DNA from: Zygophlyctis sp. KS116
Lineage: Eukaryota; Fungi; Chytridiomycota
NCBI GenBank assembly: GCA_054661495.1
Contig: BAAFSQ010000025.1
Span: 30,001 to 62,000 of the forward strand
Reading direction: 5' to 3'
DNA length: 32,000 nt
Of this stretch, positions 21,554 to 32,000 are shown in pieces. Numbering within the stretch: the stretch's first letter is position 1; every line of letters starts with the position of its first letter. The position numbers and the translations under genes were made by a program. The notes under the pieces were generated by a model. That model was not told where the DNA came from. It made no database searches and saw only the letters and a list, made by a program, of their open reading frames with translations.

Positions 21554-21651
21554 TTGGATAATAGATTTTCTTGATATCGCACATTATTCCGATTTTACGA
21601 TTGCAACGTCATGCGTGAGTTGTCCCAGATAGAGTGACTTCATTATAAAAT

Positions 21652-24600
21652 ATGGAATTAGATAATGATAAGATTGTTCAAGATCAGGTTCTACAGGATC
21701 ATTACATTAGTATGCAAAAGGCTCTGATCACTGCCGTTGATAAGGAACTTAGTCAGATGGAGTCGAAATTAAGGAATGCAGATTTAGATTTGGTCAAAAC
21801 AACAGAAGAAAAGACTGCGGTGGGAATGGCTCTTTATCAAGCAAACACTAAAATAGAACGTATGAATGGACAGCTTGAAATATTCAAAAAAGCATTAACG
21901 ATGGTGGAAGGAGGAACATTGATCAAAGATCAAGAAAGGACGAATTTAGTTTCGCAGCTTCAAAATACTATTAGAGATCTCACTGAAACTCAGGGAGATT
22001 TAGAAAAGACTCGTCGATATTTAGAAGATTCAAATATGAAGATTCAGCAATTAACTGATCTTAATGCATCGTATAATTCGGACATCAAAATTCAAAAAAG
22101 GATTCAAAGTAAATATAAAAAGGAATTGGAAATCTCTGAAACTAAAAGGAAACAGAATGATTCAGAGTTAATCGATGAGAAACGCAGAAATCAAGAGCTT
22201 TCACGATCATTAAAGGAAGTCATGGATTTTAACGCAGAACAGAAAAATGAAACTAGAATTGCGCAAATGGCAATTACAAAAATGAATCAAGGTATGCTTG
22301 TTAATTATAGTTTTCTAAATATTAAGAAATCTCACAATTGCAAGCGGCCAAGAAAACAATGGAAAAACAGTGGGAGGAATCAATCACTGCAATGGCAAAA
22401 AGAGATCAGACGTTGCAAATAACACATGATTCAAAAGAAAAAATGGAAGTTCAGCTAACAGAGTACTCTATAAATTTAAACGCTGTAAAAAATCAAAGAA
22501 ATGATTCGTTTGCTGAATTAAGAGAAAAAGATAATGGTAAAAAGTTTGACTCCTAACTCAAGAAAATAAAAATCTTTTGTCAGCACAAATATACTTAAAA
22601 ACGAAATTAAATGATCTAGAAAATGAACTTTTGCAATGTCAAAATACTCTGGCCCATTCTCAGCAAACTCAACAGCTTTACAAACAGGATTTAGAACAGG
22701 AAAAAAATGCAGTTTTGGTTAGTTTTTTCATCTTATTTTTAGAAAGCACATGCTGAAACTGAAGGTAAAATGAAGCTTATTTCGAATTTGAGATCTCAAT
22801 TGGAGGATATGAAGAGTAAATACGATTTGGCTATTTCGGATAAAGTCACTTTGGTATGATAAGAGATCTAAAATATAAGGAACAATCTATAAAGATTGAA
22901 GAACAAGAAAGACAACAGCAAGAAGCGAAAAATCACATAGTTGAACTCAGCGAGGAAGCAAAAAAGGTTCATCTAGGGAATCAACATGTAAATCTGAAAT
23001 TACAGCATAGAGCAGACTTGGATGAGCTGGTATGATATATCACATCATAATAATCTATAGAATGATGTGAAACGCGAGCGTGATAATATTAAAGAGCAGT
23101 ATGATCAACTTAATGAAGCATATAATTCACTTTGTTCAGAATCAAAATATTTACAATATGGGATTGAAAAAACGCAGCATCAAATGGACCTAATGGCTTT
23201 ACAAACGAGTAAAGTGGATGATGGTATTTCAAAATAGCATAATATTTAGGATCTGAGGGGTTCTTTAAAATGGAAATTAGACGGGTCAGTCAAGAGCTGG
23301 AGGATGCCGTAAAAGAAAAAGATCGAATTCAAAAAATGTGGATGAGCGAAAGGGCAGACTCATTAAAGATGAGAGATGTTATTAAAGAGTTGCAATCAGA
23401 CAAAGAATTTATGGCTGTATTTTTTAACTTTAATAAGTAGGTAAAACACAATATTTTGGACACAGTCAAGTTTAAGACTTCTGCTGAGACTGAAGACGCT
23501 AAAAGAGAAGCGATTGATAACAAAATAGAAAATGCGAGATTATACATACATTTAAAGAAATTGCAACCCGTAATTGAAGACTTGACACAAAAGAATGTAT
23601 GATTATGTTTATAATTTGTCCAGTCATTTTTGGAGAAGCAGTTGGAAGAGTCTCGAGCTATAATACAAGAGTCTAAGTTAGAAGCTACGGTATATTTGTA
23701 TATTTTTATTGACAAATAGACATCCAACCATATGCTTCGAAGTGAATTACGCCGTCTTCATCATGATCGTCATTCCGTGCATCAGACACTTATATCCCAT
23801 GAAAAATCTTCCAGTATAATTGAGCGGAAATATACTATTGCAAAGGAAATGCTTGATAAGGCCACTTCCGAGCGACAAAAACTTGCAAAAACCAATTTTG
23901 ATTTAAAAAGAAGAGCTGACCAATTAGAGGCAAAACTAAATGCTAACAAGATCAAGGAGCAGATAATGGCGAAAAAAGGAATCAAAAGTTTCTCAATCAA
24001 GCCAGATATTTTATCGGATACCAGAATCATGACACCCGAAACGCAGGTATCACATTCTTGGCAATCAATATTATATTCCGGCTCAGAAGATCAGAATAAT
24101 AGTGATCCTGCCCCATCAGCTATCACTAATCTTACAGAAAAATCGACCATAGAGAAACCCACAATCACTGATGTTCCCGATTTTGAAGCATTGAGACTAA
24201 AGATTGAAAGTCTTGGAAAGGAAAGGGACTTCGTTCAAAATGAAAATAGGCTTTTAAAAGTTCGTGTAGAAGAATTAACTAGAAAAATTGTGAATTTGGA
24301 GAAACGACTCTCAGAATCAAACACAAAATCTGATAAGTTAAAACAAACTTTGGACAACAAATCAGAAGAATTAGATAATGCGTCTAAAAAATATGAAAGA
24401 GCAGAAAAAATCGCAGCACATTTAGAAAAACAATACAAGGTAGCTTATAATTAGTGACTGGTAGGATCTTCGTCCGAATGGAAAGATCGATTACTATCTA
24501 TTATCAGATTCTGAACCTTCCACTCAACTTTTGGCAGCACTGATGGCACAAAGACCACCTGCAAATATGGAAAAGATCAATACGAGCATGCTTCCAGCAC

Positions 24601-24662
24601 TGCCCCGCAAGTTAACCCGAAAACCATCTCAACTTCAAACGCCTAAATTAGGTCTAGCGTAA
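21652..24662 (+). CDS. Long coiled-coil protein, CCDC40-like (axonemal ruler family), 11 exons
   Basis: Ten introns (24-35 nt) give one continuous frame. VGMALYQ, SDIKI.KR, QWEESI.AM.KRDQ and IQKMW resemble CCDC40 motifs GVELY, DI...RR, QW.SSL.GM..RDE and Q..W. Confidence 0.65.
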
Positions 24663-24684
24663 TATAGTGCATATATATTGAAAT

Positions 24685-25066
24685 CTACAAAATAACATGT
24701 TCAATGGTCCGATGCGTTTGCATTTCAAATGCTTTGTACATTGCCAGCTCCTCCTGTATCAAAACAATTTCACCATGAGAATAGCGCTTAAGGCTGTGCT
24801 TTCTATCATACTCATCTAATCTGAGTTTTAAAACACATACCTTGAGACCACGTATGATGGAAAGTGTCCGATTCCTCCTGAAAACTTACATGCTTGTTTA
24901 ATCTATTGGTTGATTGGATGGTAGAAATATCATGACTTTGATCAATCAAAGGTTCATTTGAATAAATCTGATCTGATGATTTTCTAGATTTGGATTTGCG
25001 ATGATAAAATGCGTCAAAGAATTGAGTCCAAGATCTTATTCTGGAAAGTAACTCAAATAAATACAT
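24685..25066 (-). CDS. Small PP1-binding protein with a Bni4/PHACTR-type C-terminal domain
   Basis: RVxF-like KHVSF. A 25-nt intron at 24816..24840 gives HTWSQDEYDRK...IQEELAMYKAFEMQTH, matching TW...EYDR....I.EELN.FK..EM.VH. Confidence 0.72.
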
Positions 25067-25126
25067 GATCAATAATCAATTATCTTATTCCCGAACAAAG
25101 GCTTCCCATGGGCGGATTCTCATAGA

Positions 25127-26823
25127 TTAAGTAGCGAACACGTGATTGGGATTCGTTTGCGGAGAAGAGTTTTCCTTCAATCCCTAGAGATTTAACAGTC
25201 ACAAAGCTTACCCATTGCACATAATCTGCAGATTCGCACGCTTCATATTCCGCAATTAAATCTTGAACGACTTCCCTAAAATATTGATTTCCTAAATTTT
25301 ACCTTGAAGAATCAAATTCCTCGAGTCCATCAGCAAACATTGCTTCACGTTTATATTGATCCAAATAAGCATTGCGCTTTCTCATTCTTTCATACTGAAC
25401 AACTGTGCGCTTAAACAGCTAAAACAATTAAAATTAATGATAGTACAGAAGCAATTGAAGTATGGTTGGCCAACATCAACCCAGAAACTCGCTGAGATTG
25501 ATCCACAAAAGGACTCTTCCTGGAAAGTGCTACCTGAATAGATGCAGGCCCCCAAGGTATAAACTGTGCAAGACGACGTTCTCTGATTCTTAAAAGAGAC
25601 TTATGAACCTACTATTATACAAAAAGATCATACATCTGTTGGATCCGCCTCACCTTGAATTATATTAAGAATAGAGATATAGCAACTCTTTTTCGAAGGT
25701 GTAGTTGACACCATCCTATTCTTATTCTGCAATAAACGGCGCATCACATCTAAAACAGTCGTTTTACGCACATTTTTTGCATTTTCCACTTGATCATTTG
25801 TAAAAGGAGTATAAGAAGTCATTAGGAAATGACATCTAGGAGTTGGAATTAGTGAAGCTAAAAGCCCAACCAGATCATTATTCATGTATCCAGGATAACG
25901 CAAAGTTGATGTACTTGCACTCATTACAGTAGAGACCTATTTTAAGAAAAGTAAAAATTACCAACTGATTAGTTTGAGCAAATGTAGGATTTTGAATATG
26001 TAAATGATCCGAAGCAATTCTTGTTAAAGCAGAATTATCCAAAACCACCTATAAACTCTTAAAAAACCATTAAAATTACCACAGAATCCGCGTTTAGAGC
26101 CAACCTTTTCAAAGACAAGAGAGAATTATAAGGTTGAACCACGACATCAGAAATCTTATCATCACTTGGAAAAACCGAATAAGTTTGTGTTAATTTTTTT
26201 GGATACCTATCGGACAAAGTTTCCAACAAGTAAGATCCCAAACCAGAACCAGTTCCTCCAGCAATAGAATGTAAAAGCATAAATCCCTCCAAACTATCAC
26301 TTCCATCCGCTTCTCGATCAATCATTTCCATAATTTCATCGTATACTTTTTCCCCTTGAGCAAATCCATAAGCCCAATTATTTCCAGCACCTCCCCCATC
26401 AGCCGATAATGAAATATTCTCTGGATTATATAGATTTGCATATGGCGAAGACAATATAGAATTGATCACCTACTTATTAGAATATGTATTAAATCTTATC
26501 AGAAACTGATTCAACAATATCAGACAAGATATTCAAAGTTGAGCATTGTAAATAACTTACACGAGGTTCTAAATCCACTAGAATAGCCCTTGGGATATAA
26601 TGTTCATCGTCAGCCTATATTTACACTTGAGCTTTTACCTGATAGAAGAAAACATCTTTTCTATCTCCCTGTCCTGCAGAGTCAGTTAGAATTCCCGAAG
26701 GCGATATCCCATGTTCAGCACAGAGCGTTTTCCAAAACTCTTGTCCGACTATACTATTACATGATTTTAAATACTTTGGTTTCCGCATTGTCCAACTTGC
26801 AACGTTATGATTTCTCGAGGCAT
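25127..26823 (-). CDS. TUBG1: Gamma-tubulin, 10 exons
   Basis: [65 protein letters not shown]; nine introns. Confidence 0.98.
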
Positions 26824-27144
26824 TTCAAACTGATTGCGGAGATTAGTTTAATATAATCTACCTTGTACGATTCAGTTGGCGATCAATGTCCTAAATCGCT
26901 AGTATAGTGTACAGATGATCATGATGGATTAATGCAGTTGTTATATACCATTGTACATGTTTGATCATTAATCACAAGCGTGTGGATGTTTAAATTGTCA
27001 AGATTAAGAATGTCAAGAGTGCATTTATTAAGTGTACAAGAAATAAAATAGATGCAATAGTTTACCTAGATGGAATAGATGGTAGAAATAGATGAAATCA
27101 ACTGATAACACAGCCTACGCCTTGACTGAGTGGTTAATTTGAAA

Positions 27145-28411
27145 ATGGCGGCGCTGACTGATCTTGAAATTCAAGCAAGAGCAGAGGAACTGGGTCTATC
27201 GTCTGTTGGGACTCGATCTACGCTTTTACAATTAATCAAGGAGAAGGAAGCTGCATTTGCAAAGGAAGCTACACAATCAAAACAGGACTCGAAAAAGAAG
27301 AAAAGACGGCGAAAGAAGAAGAATCGGCTTGTAAAAAGTTCTGTTGATGGGTCTGATGAGAAAATGGATGATTTCATGGATACAGATGAAAATGTGGAAA
27401 TCGAATATATTCCTGAACAGATTCAACTTGATCCTGAATTTTTAGAATTTTCTATAATCTTTAAACAGTTTCAAGAGCCCAAAGACATTCAGGAACAAGA
27501 AGAAGTGGAAAAATTACCAGTTGATGAAACTCCAGATCTGGAAGATTTGGAAGATTCACCAGAAGATAAACCGCTCTCAAAAAAGAAATTGAAGAAATTG
27601 AATAGACCAAGTGTGGCAATGTTGAAAAAAGTAGCATTCATGCCAGAAGTTGTAGATGTACGTACTTGTAAATTGTTAATAGGAATAGTGGGTTGATGTG
27701 ACTGCGTCTGATCCATACTTATTGATTCAACTTAAATCTACTAGGAATACTGTTCCTGTTCCTGTACATTGGTCCCAAAAAAAGAGATATTTAGGGGGGA
27801 AGAGAGGATTTGAAAAAATTCCATTTGAATTACCACAGTATATTAAAGATACTGGAATTATGGAAATGAGAAATGCAATGATTGAAAGGGATGAGGCAGC
27901 AGGAATTAAAGGAAGGACTCGTGCTAGAATGAAGCCAAAATTGGGTAGGCTGGATATTGATTATCAAAAACTCCATGATGCTTTTTTCAAGTATCAGACT
28001 AAACCAATAATGACTAAATTTGGTGATATGTATTATGAAGGAAAAGAATTTGCAGCAAATGTTCAGTTAAAGCGCCCTGGATCATTATCTGAAGAACTCA
28101 AAAATGCGTTAAATATACCTCCAGGGGCTCCACCTCCTTGGTTGCTGAATATGCAACGTTATGGACCTCCCCCTGCATATCCTAATTTAAAGATTCCTGG
28201 CTTAAACGCTCCTATTCCTGAAGGAGCACAATGGGGTTATCATCCTGGAGGCTGGGGTAAACCACCAGTGGATGAACTTAATAGACCATTGTATGGAGAT
28301 GTCTTTGGAATGATTAAAGCTCCAAAAGCTTCCAAGATTAATGAAAATATTGATAAAACATTATGGGGAGAATTAGAATCCGAACCTGAAGCAGAAGAAG
28401 AACTAGAAGAA

Positions 28412-28443
<32 letters not shown>

Positions 28444-28811
28444 AAAAGAAGTTGAAGAAACTGAAAGTCCAATTGAAGAGATTGCTGTTGCCTCAGGACT
28501 TGCAACTCCTTCTGAGGGAATCGAAACCCCTAAAACCATTGAATTACGAAAAAGGTAATTTTATAAGTTCTAATTCTAGTATTCCAACTTCAGCTCGCCC
28601 TCTTTATACAGTCCTTCCCTCTAAACCATCTTCTGTATCTGGATTTATGGGCTCATCTCATGGCTATGATTTACAAGAATCAACAGAGTTATCTCTTAAT
28701 CCTGAAGATCTTGAAAGTGGAATAGAATCAGAGATGTTGAAGAGGAAATTGGAATCATCTGTGGATAGTAGCACTGGAGATAAATCCAAGAAGAAAAAGT
28801 TTAAGTTTTAA
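27145..28811 (+). CDS. SF3B2: Splicing factor 3B subunit 2 (SAP145/Cus1) with an N-terminal SAP-like motif
   Basis: RNTVPVP.HW.QK.RYL, DIDYQKLHDAFF, PPPWLLNMQRYGPPP.YP.LKIPGLNAPIP, GYHPGGWGKPPVDE, terminal KFKF. Introns 27658..27688 and 28555..28579. Confidence 0.97.
28394..28459 (+). repeat. GAR trinucleotide tract encoding poly-Glu in SF3B2
   Basis: Directly visible in the sequence. Confidence 0.85.
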
Positions 28812-28849
28812 GAGAATTTAATATTTCCACGAAACGGGTTACGAATAAA

Positions 28850-29596
28850 ATGAAGAGAAAGTCTAAACGTCTTGCTATATTTCCCAGAAAGAAATCTACA
28901 CAGACTCCCTGGAAGATTCATCCGCTTAAAGAAGTTGATTCCCTTGAAGAAAGTACCAGAGAGGAGTTATCTTGTTCTATTTGCATGGATTATCTCAGTG
29001 TTCCTCAAGCCACTCCTTACGGTCATGTATTTTGCTATGTTTGTTTGTATAAATGGCTGGAACAAGAATCGGTGTGTCCTCAATGTCGTAAAGATGTAGA
29101 TAGCGCTCCATATCCTGTATATCTATTATCAAATCAAGTGGATCAAGCTCTTGTTAAATTTCCAGATCCAAATGCTCTGACTAGAATCGGCAAAGACTTG
29201 GAATATTATAAATCTTTTCCGGCTCCTTGGGATAGTATGTTTTCATGCAATTCAAATTTTTGGGATCATACATACTCTACATCATCATCGGATTATGATC
29301 AAAATGAACATTTTTTCTATATTACAAATGGGTTTGATCAACATACATCTGCTAATGAAGAAAATGATGATGACTCTAGTGATTCTGATGACTCTGATGA
29401 AAATGAATCTCCCGCTCAGGTTGTAAATTCTGAAGCAGATAGAAATGTAAATAATCCAAATTCTCAAAATCCAAATCTAGTACAGGATTCAGATAGTGAT
29501 GATTCAGATTCTTCCCAAGGTCCTATAGAAATAAGATCTAGAAGACCTGGGCCGGCACTAAGAAGAAGAGGTCAAAGGGAGTTTCCTCGTATTTAG
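28850..29596 (+). CDS. RING-finger (C3HC4-type) protein with an acidic tail
   Basis: CSIC...TPYGHVFCYVC...W...CPQCR; the third Cys is replaced by Tyr. Confidence 0.85.
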   Translation: MKRKSKRLAIFPRKKSTQTPWKIHPLKEVDSLEESTREELSCSICMDYLSVPQATPYGHVFCYVCLYKWLEQESVCPQCRKDVDSAPYPVYLLSNQVDQALVKFPDPNALTRIGKDLEYYKSFPAPWDSMFSCNSNFWDHTYSTSSSDYDQNEHFFYITNGFDQHTSANEENDDDSSDSDDSDENESPAQVVNSEADRNVNNPNSQNPNLVQDSDSDDSDSSQGPIEIRSRRPGPALRRRGQREFPRI

Positions 29597-29621
29597 GTCA
29601 ATAAGAGTCTCAAGTTTTGAA

Positions 29622-30870
29622 ATGTCAATATTGAAAATGAGTTTAGCGGGTGATGCAATGCTGGGAAGACTAGTAGATCAGGTACAGGAAATTCATTTGA
29701 CTGTTGATGATGAATCTAGAGCATATGTAAAATACTTGAAAGAAAAGCATCCAACCTTGTCCAATGCTGATAAGAATTATCCGTTTGGAGATTTATTGAG
29801 TGAATTTCAAAGTTCTGATGTCAATGTTTTGAATCTTGAAACAGCAATCACTACAGAATCTAGGCCTTTTCCGAAAACTTTCAATTATAGAATGCATCCA
29901 AAAAATATTGACATTTTGACCAATGCACAAATATCATACGTTTCCTTGGCAAACAATCATATTTTGGATTATGGAGTAAAAGGTTTGTTGGATACGATAC
30001 ATCATTTGTCAAAATCAAATATTGCATACGCTGGTATCTATTATAACTTTTGGATAAATAAAAGGTGTGGGGAAATCAAGGACAGAAGCGGTATTTCCTA
30101 CTTATAGATATATTAAAGGGATCAAGTTTGCATTCTTGTCTGCATCTGATCACCCAAAAGTCTGGGGAGCTTTTGAAGGATTTAATTACCAAGATGTAGA
30201 GAATCCTTCGATTTTGGGTCTATCTACTACGATCAAGGTTGCAAAAGAGTCTGCTGATTTTGTTTTGTTTAGTTTTCATTGGGGTCCAAATTATCAATGG
30301 TTTCCTGATGCGCAAATACGTCGTTTGGCACACTCCTTGATTGATTTGGGAGTTGATCTCATACACGGCCATTCAAGTCATCATATTCAAGGGATTGAGA
30401 TATATAAAGGTAAACCAATCTTTTATGGGATGGGAGATTTTGTAGATGACTATGCGGTAAATTTATCTTATCGTAATGGTAATCGTGTCCGAAAATATTA
30501 AAATTAGATCTTTCGTTTCTTTATCAGTTAGAATACAATGTGTATGATTCTAGTGATCTTGAAAACATTGACCCGTCTCTGAAAGTAATTCAAGGTTGGG
30601 AAATACCAGAAATGAAATTACCAGGAGGATTCAATCATAAAAAGAGACTTTTCTTGTCAAAATTGACCTTGATTCCAACAAAAATTGAATTGATGCAGGT
30701 TAAGAGAATTTCAAAAGACTGCCATGACTTGAACTGGCTTTTTGAAAATATGTCAAGGTTTATTACTTTTTTAATAATCCAAAAGATTATGCTTTGATCT
30801 AGGGACAAGGATTGAATTTGAGCGGGATCCTCTTGGAAATCCGACATTTAGAGTGTCTGAAAAAGATTAA
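29622..30870 (+). CDS. CapA/PGA_cap-family metallophosphoesterase-fold protein
   Basis: LAGD.MLGR.VD, NLETAIT, FNYRMHP.N, SLANNH.LDYG, HWGPNY, IHGHSSHHIQGIE, YGMGDFVDDY; three short introns. Confidence 0.92.
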
Positions 30871-30877
30871 ATAAAAT

Positions 30878-31993
30878 TCAATCAAATGCTTTACACAAGG
30901 CATTAAATTGATCCATTGATAGTCCTGTTTTTTGTACAATTTTCTCCCATTTTCCATTAAAATCTTGAAAAATTCTGTCTGATTTGAATGACAAGGCTCT
31001 TAAAAATACGCTAGTTAAAATCCAATTTTCCTGATTAGACGAAACAGAAGAAAATCTTGCATAATCAAAAGACTTTAACAGATTCAACAAATCATCTTCA
31101 AGCCGAAGTGATATATTGAAACTTTTCTTGATATTATTATACGAAACCAGAATACTTTTTGAGAAAAGATTTAACCTTGTGACATTTCCCGAGTCTGATG
31201 ACATTTTAAAATCAATAGAGTCATCTTCTTTAACCATCATTTTTGAATTTTCCGTAATCAATCTATCCAAATACATCCATATTCTAGCAAAACAACTTAA
31301 TTTTAAATTAAGCTTCTTCTTTGAGGGTACTAACCATTCTTCTTCCTCGGATGAATCAGATAAAGTTGCTTGTGAATTTATAGAATCTTGCATTGAATCA
31401 TCATCTGATTCTTTTAAATTTACATTTTCTCTTTGAAATTGACCTTTTCCTAGTTTCTCTTTATTTATATTCTTTTTAGTACTTGAAGATCTTTCTTTAA
31501 CTGAATTTCCAGACTGTGAATTTGCAGGCACTAAAGAACTCTGAGGCCTGTTAATTTCCACTTTCCTTTCCTTTATAGTCAACGCCTTGATTGACTCGTC
31601 CAGTCCTACATCTCTACAAGACTCATCTCTGAGTGAATTGTCGTTGACTGGCTGATCTCTGAGCGACTGATTTCTAAAATGCTCAATGAGCGAATCCTGA
31701 GATTCTTTTTCTGCAGGAGAATGAAACTGTAATAGTTCAATTTGTGGCACTCTGGTTCGAACATAGACAGGCTCAATTGACATTTGTGAGATCAAGTACT
31801 TATAACAAGCCAAACATTCCCTAGAACAAAAGAAATACAACTGATCCATTGGCAACAACTTTAAATCCCTAGAGATTTTATATTTTCCCTTTAAACCAGA
31901 CTTTTTCTTTGGACAAATCGGATATCCACATAAATCAGACGCACATCTTTCTTCAATAACAGTTTGGAACTGATCAACTGTTAGATATTGAGC
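30878..31993 (-). CDS. RTR1: RNA polymerase II CTD phosphatase Rtr1/RPAP2, last exon; 5' end lies beyond the window
   Basis: The frame extends upstream of the listed ORF to an AG acceptor at about 31994: VIEER...LCGYPIC...KYKIS....FCS.EC. Confidence 0.9.
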   Translation of the reverse strand, partial: AQYLTVDQFQTVIEERCASDLCGYPICPKKKSGLKGKYKISRDLKLLPMDQLYFFCSRECLACYKYLISQMSIEPVYVRTRVPQIELLQFHSPAEKESQDSLIEHFRNQSLRDQPVNDNSLRDESCRDVGLDESIKALTIKERKVEINRPQSSLVPANSQSGNSVKERSSSTKKNINKEKLGKGQFQRENVNLKESDDDSMQDSINSQATLSDSSEEEEWLVPSKKKLNLKLSCFARIWMYLDRLITENSKMMVKEDDSIDFKMSSDSGNVTRLNLFSKSILVSYNNIKKSFNISLRLEDDLLNLLKSFDYARFSSVSSNQENWILTSVFLRALSFKSDRIFQDFNGKWEKIVQKTGLSMDQFNALCKAFD

Positions 31994-32000
31994 CTAAATT

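Noticed and set aside
21628-21641. RFX X-box-like GTTGTCCCAGATAG before the CCDC40-like gene
   Set aside because: The second half-site is too degenerate, and there is no comparable site at the other ciliary genes.
26914-26968. C/D-box-like ATGATGG...TTGA with a terminal stem
   Set aside because: Both boxes are degenerate, the spacing is only about 44 nt, and no rRNA complement was recognised.
1974-30870. Apparent frameshifts and premature stops as pseudogenes or an alternative genetic code
   Set aside because: Every break examined is resolved by a short GT-AG intron under the standard code.
1938-31436. Antisense or alternative-frame ORFs in the track (e.g. 8640..8966, 13066..13401, 23329..23727, 28240..28539, 31116..31436)
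   Set aside because: Shadows of well-supported genes, with no family motifs.
1-32000. Transposons, tRNA, rRNA, CRISPR arrays
   Set aside because: No transposase or RT motifs, terminal repeats, cloverleafs or spaced repeat arrays were seen.

Overview
AT-rich, extremely compact eukaryotic nuclear DNA, most likely from a flagellated fungus (chytrid-like). This is inferred from fungal-type proteins (Rgd1-, Gpi13-, Pin3/Lsb1-, Zds- and Bni4-like) together with cilium/centriole genes (CSTPP1/C11orf49, SPATA17, CCDC40-like) and a 7-dehydrocholesterol reductase. About 25 protein genes tile the window. Same-strand gaps are often only 19-41 nt, and one same-strand CDS overlap appears after splicing. 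Manual splicing gives roughly 70-75 GT-AG introns, almost all 24-31 nt, which is why the ORF track is fragmented. Highlights: (1) an 8-exon CSTPP1/C11orf49 gene invisible to the ORF track; (2) a two-hairpin H/ACA snoRNA with 18S-complementary pockets filling the 128-nt gap between two stop codons; (3) a nuclear, intron-bearing gene for the C-terminal domain of mitochondrial-type ribosomal protein S3; (4) an LCP5/Shg1-like CDS overlap; (5) a long hairpin plus Sm-like site directly after the SPATA17 stop. No mobile elements, tRNA, rRNA or CRISPR arrays were seen. All homology calls come from recalled family motifs, not from searches.
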